A stretch of DNA of 64,000 bases from Myxococcales bacterium (GCA_002731825.1 PCCS01000006.1:185755-249754), one strand, 5' to 3'. Counted from the stretch's first letter, positions 1 through 11,030 are shown. The notes: generated from the sequence alone by a model not told the origin. Numbers and translations are program-made.

Positions 1-7
1 AATACAG

Positions 8-940
8 TCACTTGGGACCCCCAGTGAGCGAGCGAAAGACTGTCTCTAGGTCTGCTTTCTCTCGGCTGAGTTCTTGTAAATCCCAATTTTGATCGATCAC
101 GGACCTCGTTAGCGTTGCCGCGATGGACGTATCCTGTAGGCTGAGCAGAACACGGACGTCATTTGGTCCAGTTTTTATGGATTGGCAATGGCGTACGCCG
201 TTTTGCTGACAAACCCAGTTCAAAAATACGTCCGGTGATACGCCGGTGACAGAGAGTATATAGCGGCTATGACCGAACTGAGCCGTCAGTGCATGGGGTG
301 CATCATCAGCGACAATTCGCCCTTGATCGATGACCAAGATTCGAGTTGCGACGGCGTCCACCTCCGCTAAGATATGACTGCTGAAAAGGACGGTGTTTTT
401 TTGCCCATATTGCCTAACTAAATGGCGAATATCTTCGACTTGGTTTGGGTCCAATCCACTGGTTGGTTCATCGAGTATCAATACACTTGGTTCATGTATG
501 ATGGCTTGGGCCAGACCAACGCGCTGACGATATCCTTTCGAGAGTGCACCGATGGATTTGTTGAGAACGTCATTTAAGCCACATCGTTCAGATGCCCGCT
601 CGAGAGCACTCTTCCGAGCCGTGCTTGCAATCTGCCTGATTCGGCAAACAAAGAGCAGAAACTCATAGACAGACATTTCCGGATATAGGGGGGCCGTCTC
701 AGGCAAATAGCCGATGTGCCTGCGAAACGACTCGCTGGGATCGTCGACGGGTTGGTTTGCGATCCAGGCTTGACCAGCGGTCGGTGCGATGAAACCTGTT
801 AAGATTTTCATCGTCGTCGATTTGCCCGCACCGTTGGGTCCGAGAAAGCCAACAATCTCACTCGGACCGATCTCGAACGACGCCTGGTGGAGTGCGGTAA
901 CAGGTCCATACGATTTACTTAAGTTACGTGCCTTGATCAT
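8..940 (-). CDS. ABC transporter ATP-binding protein (ABC-2/CcmA type, GldA-like)
   Basis: 310-aa ORF with Walker A GPNGAGKST, ABC signature LSKGYRQRV, Walker B VLILDEPTSGLD and H-loop SSHIL. The partner permease would lie beyond the left window edge. Confidence 0.9.
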   Translation of the reverse strand: MIKARNLSKSYGPVTALHQASFEIGPSEIVGFLGPNGAGKSTTMKILTGFIAPTAGQAWIANQPVDDPSESFRRHIGYLPETAPLYPEMSVYEFLLFVCRIRQIASTARKSALERASERCGLNDVLNKSIGALSKGYRQRVGLAQAIIHEPSVLILDEPTSGLDPNQVEDIRHLVRQYGQKNTVLFSSHILAEVDAVATRILVIDQGRIVADDAPHALTAQFGHSRYILSVTGVSPDVFLNWVCQQNGVRHCQSIKTGPNDVRVLLSLQDTSIAATLTRSVIDQNWDLQELSREKADLETVFRSLTGGPK

Positions 941-1081
941 GGTGATTGGACAAATTTATTTAGAAAATTGAATCAAAAGATACGAGTCTAACTTTAACAC
1001 TGTGTCACAAAAATCCATATTTTTCAGATATATAAGCGGAATAGATTACGAACAGTTGAGGCCGATCGACTAAGAGTTGTT

Positions 1082-1110
1082 AAAGGCGATTGACCTAGAC
1101 AATCGCCTTT
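1082..1110 (+). promoter_or_regulatory. 11-bp perfect stem-loop in the atp operon leader
   Basis: aaaggcgattg (1082-1092), 7-nt loop acctaga, caatcgccttt (1100-1110). It overlaps the TTG at 1109 that opens the first atp ORF. No clear U-run follows, so its role (leader structure, attenuator or protein site) is unknown. Confidence 0.3.
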
Positions 1111-1621
1111 GTTAGGTTCCGGCGACTTCGGAGCTAAGGAGCCCACCGGCGCCATGGATTCCATGCAGAATACAATACACTATATGGGCGGGGTTAATTT
1201 AGACCTCGACCTTACTTTTGCCATTCAACTTGCGTTCGTCTTGACGTTGATGGTGGTCCTCAACAAATTTGTTTTTGGACCGTACCTGAAAGCCGTTGAC
1301 GAGCGAGGCCGTCGCACGGCGACGACAAAAGATGAAGCGGCTAAGTTAAGAGCTGAAGCGGACGCATTAGCGGGTCGGTACGAGAGTTCTCTAGCCGACG
1401 CCAGACGCGCAGCGCTTGAGGCTAAACTCGCCTTGAGAACCGAGGGTATAGACCAAAAGGACTCGCTGATTCAGTCAGCGCGTTCAGATGCGAATACAAC
1501 CATCGATAAGGCGCAGAAAGAAATTGATGATCAGCTGACGGCAGAGCGCCCCAATGTGGACACCCAAGTGGCAGAATTGTCGACATTGGTTGTACAAAAA
1601 GTCATTGGCCGGGCTGTCTAA
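1109..1621 (+). CDS. F-type ATP synthase subunit b' (second b-type stator subunit)
   Basis: One N-terminal TM helix (FAIQLAFVLTLMVVLNKFVF) followed by a long A/E/R/K-rich helix. It is the first gene of a b'-b-delta-alpha-gamma-beta-epsilon array. The in-frame ATG at 1154, downstream of AAGGAG at 1136-1141, is a plausible alternative start. Confidence 0.75.
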   Translation: MLGSGDFGAKEPTGAMDSMQNTIHYMGGVNLDLDLTFAIQLAFVLTLMVVLNKFVFGPYLKAVDERGRRTATTKDEAAKLRAEADALAGRYESSLADARRAALEAKLALRTEGIDQKDSLIQSARSDANTTIDKAQKEIDDQLTAERPNVDTQVAELSTLVVQKVIGRAV

Positions 1622-1632
1622 GGGGTATTGAC

Positions 1633-2208
1633 GTGAATCGCTTAACTCTATGCCTCGTCATCCTGCTCTCTGGAACAGCGCTCGCTGCCGGTGGTGGCGA
1701 AGTGAAAACCGGTTGGGACGCTTGGTCAACAAACGTCTACCATCTGATTAATCTGGTCATTCTGCTTGGACTGCTCGTTAAGTTTGCAGGTCCAAATATT
1801 AAGAGTGGGCTCAAGAGCAGGGCAGAGCGCGTCGGCCGAGAAATCGATGAAGCAGCAGCCCTTCACGCCGAAGCCAAGCAAATCTTAGCCGAATACAACG
1901 CGAAACTTGCAGGTTTCGAAGCGCAGCGGATTGAATTACTGGACGAATTCAAGGCGATGGGCGCTGCGGAGCGTGATCGGATTATCGAAGCGGCAAAAGT
2001 CGATGCAGAGCGCATCCGCAATGAAGCGAAGCGAGTTGCTGAAAATGAGGCTTCCAGAGCCAAGGCTAAGTTAGAATCGGAAATTGTAGATCGGGCTGTC
2101 GCTCAGGCAGAGTCCGCCATACGCGAACACCTTAACGAAGATGATCATCGACGATTGGTGGCCGATTACTTCGGTCAGTTGGAGTCGAGCATCCGGAATG
2201 CGCAGTAA
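1633..2208 (+). CDS. atpF: F-type ATP synthase subunit b
   Basis: GTG start after AAGGGG. Signal/TM-like N-terminus plus a second hydrophobic helix (LINLVILLGLLVKF), then a charged coiled-coil tail. Its position between b' and delta supports the call. Confidence 0.85.
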   Translation: MNRLTLCLVILLSGTALAAGGGEVKTGWDAWSTNVYHLINLVILLGLLVKFAGPNIKSGLKSRAERVGREIDEAAALHAEAKQILAEYNAKLAGFEAQRIELLDEFKAMGAAERDRIIEAAKVDAERIRNEAKRVAENEASRAKAKLESEIVDRAVAQAESAIREHLNEDDHRRLVADYFGQLESSIRNAQ

Positions 2209-2220
2209 GGGGAATTAATC

Positions 2221-2766
2221 GTGCGATCTTCAACGCTAGGTGAACGATACGCGAAAGCCCTTCTTGGGATCGGGATCGATAGCGGTAACCATGAGCAGTT
2301 GGGCCGGGAATTAGGGCGTGTCGTCGAGCTGTTTTCGGTCGACGAGGTCAGGGTCTTGTTCCAAAGTCCGAAGTTTGGGCTCGAGGTCCGAAAAGCGGTT
2401 TTGGCTGACCTGTTAAACGTGGTGACTGTCAGTCCAACCTGTCGAAAGTTTTTATTTCTACTCGTTGATCGGAATCGAATCGGCCGTATTGGTGAAATCG
2501 TTGCCGCCTATAATGAATTGTCCGATGCGCAATCTGGACGACTCAGAGCCCGGGTTCGCGTAGCGACACAACTCACCGAGGGTGATGTTGAGAGACTCCG
2601 ATCTGTTTTACAGAAGGCAACCGGTAAGAAGGTGGTCGTCGAACAAGAAGAAGATAAGTCAATCGTAGCCGGCATAGTCACTCACATAGGGGGCCGGGTC
2701 TACGATGGTAGTGTCAGTAATCAATTGAATACGCTCAGAGCGCGCTTAAAACAGGGCGGGGTCTGA
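2221..2766 (+). CDS. atpH: F-type ATP synthase subunit delta (OSCP)
   Basis: 181 aa, OSCP-like N-terminus (YAKALLGIG...), located between atpF and atpA. Confidence 0.85.
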   Translation: MRSSTLGERYAKALLGIGIDSGNHEQLGRELGRVVELFSVDEVRVLFQSPKFGLEVRKAVLADLLNVVTVSPTCRKFLFLLVDRNRIGRIGEIVAAYNELSDAQSGRLRARVRVATQLTEGDVERLRSVLQKATGKKVVVEQEEDKSIVAGIVTHIGGRVYDGSVSNQLNTLRARLKQGGV

Positions 2767-2795
2767 ACCTAAACGGTTAGAATGGAGACCGACCG

Positions 2796-4304
2796 ATGGA
2801 CATCAGGGTCGAAGAAATCAGCCGAATTATTCGGAAGCAAATCGAAGATTATGACAAGCAGGTCGAGGTCAGCGAGACGGGTACCGTCCTCTCCGCGGGC
2901 GACGGGATTGCACGTGTCTACGGTCTAGAACAGGCAATGGCCGGTGAGCTCGTAGAGTTTCCGAACAATGTCCAAGGCATGGTCTTGAACTTAGAGGAAG
3001 ACAACGTCGGTGTCGCCCTTCTCGGTGCAGCCAACAAGATTCGTGAAGGTGATGAAGTTCGCCGAACGGGTCGGATTGTGGACGTTCCTGTAGGCGAGGC
3101 GCTTCTTGGTCGCGTTGTAAACGCGTTGGGTGAGCCAATCGACGGTTTGGGTGAAATTGAATCTCCACACCGGCGTCAGGTTGAGATCAAGGCACCCGGT
3201 ATCATGCCGAGACAATCCGTTTGTGAACCCCTTCAAACAGGCCTGAAGGCCATCGATTCCATGGTTCCAATCGGACGAGGTCAACGAGAGTTGATCATCG
3301 GTGACCGGCAAACGGGTAAGACGGCTGTTGCTATCGACACGATTATCAACCAGAAAAATACCGACGTTTTCTGTATCTATGTTGCTATCGGTCAGAAGCA
3401 GTCGACGGTTGCTCAGGTTGTCGACAAGCTAAAGAAGCATGGCGCTATGGAGTACACAACCGTCGTTGCTGCAGCAGCAGCCGAGTTGGCTCCACTTCAA
3501 TTTTTAGCACCGTACACCGGTTGCACAATGGGCGAGTTTTTCCGTGATAACGGTAAGCATGCCCTTATCATTTATGATGATTTGAGTAAGCAAGCAGTCG
3601 CTTATCGACAAATGTCACTGCTACTGCGCCGTCCTCCAGGACGCGAGGCCTATCCTGGTGATGTTTTCTATCTCCATAGCCGATTGCTCGAACGCGCGGC
3701 CAAGATGAACGATGATAACGGTGGCGGTAGTCTGACGGCACTGCCCATCATCGAGACTCAAGCCGGCGATGTATCAGCCTATATTCCGACCAATGTGATC
3801 TCGATTACTGATGGTCAAATCTTTTTGGAGAGTGATCTCTTCAACTCGGGTGTCCGGCCAGCGATTAACGTTGGTATCTCAGTCTCACGAGTGGGCGGGG
3901 CTGCCCAGACTAAAGCGATGAAGAAAATCGCAGGTACCCTGCGGCTCGACCTGGCCCAATACCGAGAAATGCAAGCCTTTGCTCAGTTCGCATCTGACCT
4001 CGACAAGGCCACTCAAATGCAGCTTGCTCGTGGTGAAAGGCTGACCATTCTATTGAAGCAGGGTCAGTATCAGCCAATGCCCGTCGAGAACCAAATATTG
4101 GTCATCTATGCCGGCGTCAAAGGTTTTGTTGACAATGTTGCAGTCGGTGCTCTCGCCAAATACGAGAGTGAGCTCATTGAGTTCTTTAGGAACAAGCATG
4201 AGACTGTTTTGAAGTCTATCCGGGAGACAGGAAAGTTGACTGACGATTTGGTCGGCACCCTGGAAGCCGGTTTGAACAAATTTAACGAGGGCTTTAACGC
4301 CTAG
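2796..4304 (+). CDS. atpA: F-type ATP synthase subunit alpha
   Basis: 502 aa with Walker A GDRQTGKT and conserved [21 protein letters not shown] and ITDGQIFL blocks. Confidence 0.98.
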   Translation: MDIRVEEISRIIRKQIEDYDKQVEVSETGTVLSAGDGIARVYGLEQAMAGELVEFPNNVQGMVLNLEEDNVGVALLGAANKIREGDEVRRTGRIVDVPVGEALLGRVVNALGEPIDGLGEIESPHRRQVEIKAPGIMPRQSVCEPLQTGLKAIDSMVPIGRGQRELIIGDRQTGKTAVAIDTIINQKNTDVFCIYVAIGQKQSTVAQVVDKLKKHGAMEYTTVVAAAAAELAPLQFLAPYTGCTMGEFFRDNGKHALIIYDDLSKQAVAYRQMSLLLRRPPGREAYPGDVFYLHSRLLERAAKMNDDNGGGSLTALPIIETQAGDVSAYIPTNVISITDGQIFLESDLFNSGVRPAINVGISVSRVGGAAQTKAMKKIAGTLRLDLAQYREMQAFAQFASDLDKATQMQLARGERLTILLKQGQYQPMPVENQILVIYAGVKGFVDNVAVGALAKYESELIEFFRNKHETVLKSIRETGKLTDDLVGTLEAGLNKFNEGFNA

Positions 4305-4322
4305 TCGCGGAGGGAGTGAGGC

Positions 4323-5207
4323 ATGCCAAGCCTCAAGGATATTCGCAAGCGGGTTACGTCTGTTAAGAACACCCAGAAGATAACACGGGCGATGAAGCTC
4401 GTGGCTGCGGCGAAGTTGCGTCGTGCGCAGGGTGCAATGATGGAACTGCGACCATACGCTGAAAAGTATCGCGAAATGCTATCATCGTTGGTCGATGCCA
4501 GTGGTGGAGCGGGTGATGCTGCGCATCCCCTACTTGAGACGCGCGAAGGACACGCTCATGTGGCGATTCTTGCGATATCGAGTGACCGCGGTATGTGTGG
4601 TGGTTTCAACAGCAACATTCAAAAGACAGTTGTTCATTATGCGAAGACGGTCGCGGAAGAGGGGCGGGAGGCGATTGTTTTCCCCCTCGGTCGTCGAATG
4701 ACTCAGTTCGTTAATAAGAGCGACATGAATGTGGGGCGTGAACTCGGTGAGGTCATTGCTGGTGCCAGCACGGACAGTATAAAGTCGATTACGTCTGTCC
4801 TTGTTGATGGTTTCCTCAAGGGCGAGTTCGACGATGTTGTCATCATATCGAATCGTTTTGACAGCATCATTAGTCAGAACCCGAGAGTAACTGATTTACT
4901 TCCGGTTGCGGCGGTGACTGAAGATCTTGAGCACGCTGAATCGGTTCGGGGCGACTATCTGTACGAGCCTGACCAGGAGACATTGCTGAATCACGTTGTG
5001 CCCGCATTTGTCGAGGTGCAGATTAGAGAGGCAATTTTGGAATCAATCGCGGGTGAACATGCTGCACGTATGAACGCGATGAACAGTGCGACCGATAATG
5101 CGACGGAAATGATTTCTGCGCTTACTTTGCAGCTGAACAGAGCTAGACAGGCCGCTATCACCACGGAATTAATGGAAATTATCGGCGGCGCCGAGGCACT
5201 TAAATAA
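4323..5207 (+). CDS. atpG: F-type ATP synthase subunit gamma
   Basis: 294 aa. N-terminus MPSLKDIRKRVTSVKNTQKITRAMKLVAAAKLRRAQ and C-terminus ITTELMEIIGGAEAL are both typical of gamma. Confidence 0.97.
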   Translation: MPSLKDIRKRVTSVKNTQKITRAMKLVAAAKLRRAQGAMMELRPYAEKYREMLSSLVDASGGAGDAAHPLLETREGHAHVAILAISSDRGMCGGFNSNIQKTVVHYAKTVAEEGREAIVFPLGRRMTQFVNKSDMNVGRELGEVIAGASTDSIKSITSVLVDGFLKGEFDDVVIISNRFDSIISQNPRVTDLLPVAAVTEDLEHAESVRGDYLYEPDQETLLNHVVPAFVEVQIREAILESIAGEHAARMNAMNSATDNATEMISALTLQLNRARQAAITTELMEIIGGAEALK

Positions 5208-6689
<1,482 letters not shown>

Positions 6690-6713
6690 GGTCACAGGTA
6701 AGGAGTAGCCAAC

Positions 6714-7118
6714 ATGGCTAAGATGAATCTATCAATCGTGACGCCGACAGGCTCTGTCGTCGATGCCGATGTCGTCGAGGTCACAGTGCCTGGCGCGGCC
6801 GGTGTTTTTACCGTTTATGCGGAGCATCAGCCCGCTTTGATCATGCTTGGTGGTGGTTTGCTCAGTTACCAGAGCTTGGATGGAAATGGCGAGATCTTCA
6901 TCCGTGGTGGTGTTGTTGAGATTTCTGGTGAGAGCATGTTGGTGATGACCGATTATGCCCTGACGAGAGACGACTTGGACCGCGATCAAGCGACGCGCGT
7001 CTTGGAGAGTGCCAACACGCGTCTTGAGGAATCCGAATATCTTGATGATGAGCAACTTCTGCGTATCAATATTGACCAGAGTTATGCTGAGAGCGTGTTA
7101 GATCAGACCGCGCATTAG
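6714..7118 (+). CDS. atpC: F-type ATP synthase subunit epsilon
   Basis: 134 aa, AAGGAG ribosome-binding site, last gene of the operon, beta-sandwich plus helical-hairpin size class. Confidence 0.9.
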   Translation: MAKMNLSIVTPTGSVVDADVVEVTVPGAAGVFTVYAEHQPALIMLGGGLLSYQSLDGNGEIFIRGGVVEISGESMLVMTDYALTRDDLDRDQATRVLESANTRLEESEYLDDEQLLRINIDQSYAESVLDQTAH

Positions 7119-7137
7119 TTCGGGCCTAAAAAGTCTT

Positions 7138-7176
7138 AAAACGCCGCGGGACAGTTGTCCTAGCGGCGTTTTTTGT
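7138..7176. terminator. Rho-independent, potentially bidirectional terminator between convergent atpC and parB
   Basis: aaaacgccgc...gcggcgtttt outer stem with an inner ggaca/tgtcc pairing. A T-run lies on the + strand (7169-7174) and an A-run upstream gives a U-run for the - strand transcript. Confidence 0.8.
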
Positions 7177-7212
7177 TTGAATCGCGGTTTATCTCTGCGG
7201 CCTCGCCGTGAT

Positions 7213-8085
7213 TTACTGGCCCTCTAAAGAGGCCATGAGGTCGAGGAGGCGCTCCAGCTCATCCATACTGTGAAAACGAATTTCGATCCGACCCACTCCC
7301 TTTTTGTTTACGAGTTTAATCGGGGCGCCGAGCGCGGCTCGTAGCTGGTCCTCAACGGCGCGGTGGGCTGGACTTGCGGTCACTGGCTTCAGAGAATCGG
7401 ATGTCAGTAGCGCCTTAAGGGCCTTCGCTTCTTTTTCGGTGCGACGAACACTCCAGCCTCCTTTTATTGTCTGCTCCGCTAACTGAGAGCGTCCAGTCGA
7501 GGGCGCCATTAAGATTGCCCGCCCATGGCCCGCACTGAGTTGCGCAGTTGCGACCATATGACGGATGCCCTCCGGCAATTTGAGTAGCCGAAGTGCATTC
7601 GTTATGGTCACTCGGTCGCGGCCCATTCGAGCGGCGATCTCCTCGTGGCTGAGTTGACGTTCTTTTGCGAGGTAGGAAAAAGCGTCCGCTTCTTCTATAG
7701 GATTAAGGTCCTCGCGTTGCACGTTTTCTATGAGTGCCAGTTCAAAGGCCTCGGATTCGGTCACATCGCGTATGACTACGGGTATGCTTTCCAGTCCCGC
7801 CAATTTAGACGCTCGATAGCGGCGCTCCCCGGCGATGATGGAGTAGGTGCTTTGACCGACGCGGCGTACGACGACGGGTTGAAGTAAGCCATCCGACTTT
7901 ATTGATGCTGAAAGCGCAATGAGGCGCGCTTGGTCAAATTCGAGTCTGGGTTGATGGTCTGCAGCTTGAATTTGATCCAGGCGAAGCTGTGTAATGCCCT
8001 GAACACTGTTTTCGACGGGGTCGTTTGCCTCTGGGATGAGTGCGGACAGGCCTCGTCCGAGCACGTTTCGACGTGATTGTGTCAT
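7213..8085 (-). CDS. parB: Chromosome partitioning protein ParB (Spo0J)
   Basis: 290 aa with ParB box IIAGERRYRASKLAG and HTH region (LSHEEIAARMGRDRVTITNALRLLKL). Its start overlaps the parA stop by 4 nt (ATGA). Confidence 0.95.
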   Translation of the reverse strand: MTQSRRNVLGRGLSALIPEANDPVENSVQGITQLRLDQIQAADHQPRLEFDQARLIALSASIKSDGLLQPVVVRRVGQSTYSIIAGERRYRASKLAGLESIPVVIRDVTESEAFELALIENVQREDLNPIEEADAFSYLAKERQLSHEEIAARMGRDRVTITNALRLLKLPEGIRHMVATAQLSAGHGRAILMAPSTGRSQLAEQTIKGGWSVRRTEKEAKALKALLTSDSLKPVTASPAHRAVEDQLRAALGAPIKLVNKKGVGRIEIRFHSMDELERLLDLMASLEGQ

Positions 8086-8912
8086 ATGTTTTGATTTCCT
8101 TCCCTCACTGGGCTCAGGCCATGGCGGTCGACTATAAGCTGGGCCAGTTTACTATACGCCTTAGCGCCCCTCGATGCTTGATCGTAATGGTATATAGGCT
8201 TTCCAAACGACGGGCTTTCCGACAGACGAACATTTCTCGGTATGACGACATCGAAGACATCATCCCTGAAATGACTACGGACCTCGTTGGCAACCTGGTG
8301 TGACAAATTGTTTCTCGTATCGAACATGGTCAGCAAAATCCCCTCCAGGCGCAATTGTGGGTTAAGCCTCCGCTTGATAAGCTGAACAGTTTGAGTCAAT
8401 TGCGATAGTCCTTCAAGCGCATAATATTCTGTTTGAAGTGGAATGAGCGCCGATTGGGCAGCTGTCAATGCATTGATGGTCAATAGACCTAAGGACGGCG
8501 GACAGTCAATAATGACGTACTTTGGCGGATGCTGCATCCGACTCAAAGCCTCTTTTAACCGGTATTCCCGTGAAATTGCATCCACAAGTTCGACTTCCGC
8601 ACCGAAGAGTGCTCGATTGGCCGGAAGTATTCTTAAGTGACGGATATCTTTGGAAAGTATGGCCGTCGAATCGATTTCTGACATTCCGATCAGCGTGTGG
8701 TAAACCCCTCGCTTGATGGTATTTGTATCGACACCAAGGCCACTGCTGGCATTGCCCTGTGGGTCTAGATCGACGAGAAGGGTGTCCTGGCCCTCGAGGG
8801 CAAGACCGGCTGCTAAGTTAACGGCGGTGGTTGTTTTACCAACACCGCCCTTCTGATTGGTAATGCAAATGGTATAGGTAGGCATGGGCGGGTGTCTACC
8901 ACATGCCAGCAA
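8082..8912 (-). CDS. parA: Chromosome partitioning ATPase ParA (Soj)
   Basis: Deviant Walker A NQKGGVGKTTTAVNLA; ParA/Soj-length protein. The ATG at 8885 (MPTYTICI...) is more likely than the TTG at 8912. Confidence 0.95.
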   Translation of the reverse strand: MLACGRHPPMPTYTICITNQKGGVGKTTTAVNLAAGLALEGQDTLLVDLDPQGNASSGLGVDTNTIKRGVYHTLIGMSEIDSTAILSKDIRHLRILPANRALFGAEVELVDAISREYRLKEALSRMQHPPKYVIIDCPPSLGLLTINALTAAQSALIPLQTEYYALEGLSQLTQTVQLIKRRLNPQLRLEGILLTMFDTRNNLSHQVANEVRSHFRDDVFDVVIPRNVRLSESPSFGKPIYHYDQASRGAKAYSKLAQLIVDRHGLSPVREGNQNI

Positions 8913-8927
8913 ATGCCGCTAGAGTCA

Positions 8928-8943
8928 TGTTTCACATGAAACA
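8928..8943. promoter_or_regulatory. parS: parS centromere-like site
   Basis: TGTTTCACATGAAACA matches the canonical parS consensus TGTTNCACGTGAAACA at 15 of 16 positions (central G to A). It lies 42 nt upstream of the parA ATG, in the parA/bactofilin divergent intergenic region. Confidence 0.8.
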
Positions 8944-9018
8944 TATCGCAATTCCGATAGCGGATAACGACCCGTTATGAGATAGTCCCCCTTGTGAATT
9001 GAAAGTGAGTGGTTCAAA

Positions 9019-9513
9019 ATGTTCGGACGACGCGATAATAAAGACGGAATTAATCTAACCAGTACAGAAGTCGGCGTTGTTGAGGCCGATACATCAGAGG
9101 AGAGAGTCGTGGAGAATGCACAAATGGATGACACGGGAGTCGCGCTACTGAGACGCGAAGATATGCAGCGTTCGACGGCAGCGAACTCAAGCCGCGGCGG
9201 GGCTTTGCTCGGTAAGGGCTGTCGATTTGAAGGCAAGTTGACCTTTGAGGGTACCGTTCAGATCGATGGTGAATTCTTCGGGGACATCGACTCCCCAGGT
9301 CATTTGGTGGTGAGCGCAGGTGCCCGCATAGATGGCACAGTCAACGTGGCTTCGGCCGATATCAGTGGTGAGGTAAATGGGAAAGTCACAACCAGTGGTG
9401 CTCTCGAATTGCGTCAGACCGCTCGCGTAGTCGGTGAATTGTCCGTCCAAGCCCTGGTTATCGAACGCGGCGCCCATTTCGAGGGCCAAGTTCAAATGAC
9501 AGGCAACCAATAA
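9019..9513 (+). CDS. Bactofilin (DUF583 polymer-forming cytoskeletal protein)
   Basis: 164 aa. Disordered N-terminus, then a beta-helical repeat signature (FEGKLTFEGTVQIDGEFFGDI...ARIDGTVNV...ISGEVNGKV...VVGELSV...GAHFEGQVQM). Confidence 0.85.
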   Translation: MFGRRDNKDGINLTSTEVGVVEADTSEERVVENAQMDDTGVALLRREDMQRSTAANSSRGGALLGKGCRFEGKLTFEGTVQIDGEFFGDIDSPGHLVVSAGARIDGTVNVASADISGEVNGKVTTSGALELRQTARVVGELSVQALVIERGAHFEGQVQMTGNQ

Positions 9514-9519
9514 AAAGCG

Positions 9520-10143
9520 TCATAGGCCGGCTGTAAACTGCCAGCACTCTACCCGCCTCAAGCCGTCGGCTGGCACGCCATAATCCAGCGCCCGAATCAG
9601 TGTCCAGTCCTCAAGAGTCATGGCCGGTCTATTCGCGGCAAGCATTCGATAGAGGCGCGTAACCAGTACAGTCGATTGGACGGCCAACGTCGGCCAAAGC
9701 TCCGGGTCGACCACAGCGCGACTGACTATCTGGATCTCCTTCACAGGCAACGGGCATGGCCACCGGCTTCGTATGACCTTGACGTTCGATAGACCTAATT
9801 CATGGCTCACGTGTCGAAGAAACGCCGTCCGCTTTGCGATGGGCTCCACTAAGATAACCGGCAAGTCTGGACGCAAGCACGCGACAAGAAGACCGGGGGT
9901 GCCGCTGCCTGTACCCACATCAACCAGTGGTTGGTCGGCCGATAAGCAGTGAGTTAAGGCTACCGCATCAACTAAATCCACCTCGTAGGGCGCCATCAGG
10001 GCTTTGGGCCCGGCGACATTATGGGTGCGGCTCCACCTGTCACGCGCCCTAAAATATCGATCAACCAAGCTCATTGCTTTCGCGTCAAAGCCCATGGGCA
10101 GACCCACTCTCTCCAACAGTCTTCCCTGGTCATCCATCGACAT
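9520..10143 (-). CDS. rsmG: 16S rRNA (guanine527-N7)-methyltransferase RsmG (GidB)
   Basis: 207 aa with SAM motif VDVGTGSGTPGL, in the classic rsmG-parAB neighbourhood. Confidence 0.85.
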   Translation of the reverse strand: MSMDDQGRLLERVGLPMGFDAKAMSLVDRYFRARDRWSRTHNVAGPKALMAPYEVDLVDAVALTHCLSADQPLVDVGTGSGTPGLLVACLRPDLPVILVEPIAKRTAFLRHVSHELGLSNVKVIRSRWPCPLPVKEIQIVSRAVVDPELWPTLAVQSTVLVTRLYRMLAANRPAMTLEDWTLIRALDYGVPADGLRRVECWQFTAGL

Positions 10144-10199
10144 CAGTTGCTCCAGACCTTTGTCCCATGCCCATCCACGTCTTTACGCCACAAGGCCCA

Positions 10200-10215
10200 T
10201 GTAAAACGTGAAACA
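10200..10215. promoter_or_regulatory. Degenerate parS-like half site
   Basis: TGTAAAACGTGAAACA matches the parS consensus at 13 of 16 positions. The right half GTGAAACA is perfect and the left half is degenerate. It lies in the 84-bp gap upstream of rsmG. Confidence 0.25.
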
Positions 10216-10227
10216 TCTGAGCGCCCA

Positions 10228-11022
10228 TCAATGGTGTGAGCCAGCTTGAACGTGGGTCAAGAGCTCAGGATGAATCAGACCATTCGTTGCCACACATCGT
10301 CCGTCAGACACGTTGATGGCTTGACCATGAAAATCCGATACACGTCCTCCGGCCGCGCTCACCAAGGCGACACCCGCCGCGACGTCCCATGGATGCAATT
10401 TATCCTCCCAATAGCCGTCGAGCCAGCCTGCTGAAACATAAGCGAGATCAAGAGCAGCAGCTCCCGCTCGTCTCAAACCCTGACAGTGTCTGATGATGTG
10501 TCCTGCGCGATCCATGTTATTGTCGGGGTTAGTACGCCGGTCATACGGAAACCCTGTTGCTATCAAACTCCGGTCAAGCGTCTCCGTCTTGGATACATGG
10601 AGTGGTCTCCCATTTAGGCTGGCCCCATAGTCTATGTCACCGACGAATAGAAAGTCCCTAGTTGGTTCATAAACCACGCCTAAACTGGCTTCTCCTGCGA
10701 TCACTAAACCAATCGATACGCAAAAATGAGGCACTCCATGGGCGAAGTTTGTGGTGCCATCAAGAGGATCGACAAACCAGATGCGGCTGGATTCATTTAC
10801 AATTTCACCACCCTCCTCGCCTATGATGCAGTCGTCGGGAAAACTGGCGCGTAAGTGTCCAAGAATGAGCTCCTCTGCGCCCCGATCAACATGGCTGACA
10901 AGATCCACTTCACCCTTATATTCGATCTCGATCTCCCGGTTCCAGTATTCCATAATAAAATGGCCCGCTGCACGCGCTGCCGCAACGGCGACCTCCATTT
11001 CTGCTTGCCTCACCATACCCAT
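10228..11022 (-). CDS. Inositol monophosphatase family protein (SuhB-like)
   Basis: 264 aa with IMPase motifs IIGEEGG and WFVDPLDGTTNF, and WDVAAG near the C-terminus. Confidence 0.9.
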   Translation of the reverse strand: MGMVRQAEMEVAVAAARAAGHFIMEYWNREIEIEYKGEVDLVSHVDRGAEELILGHLRASFPDDCIIGEEGGEIVNESSRIWFVDPLDGTTNFAHGVPHFCVSIGLVIAGEASLGVVYEPTRDFLFVGDIDYGASLNGRPLHVSKTETLDRSLIATGFPYDRRTNPDNNMDRAGHIIRHCQGLRRAGAAALDLAYVSAGWLDGYWEDKLHPWDVAAGVALVSAAGGRVSDFHGQAINVSDGRCVATNGLIHPELLTHVQAGSHH

Positions 11023-11030
11023 ATTAAGCC

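Noticed and set aside
8925-9236. 103-aa minus-strand ORF spanning the parS site and the 5' part of the bactofilin gene.
   Set aside because: It overlaps a motif-supported bactofilin CDS and the intergenic parS. The sequence is Ser/Pro/Leu-rich with no recognisable features. Most likely spurious.
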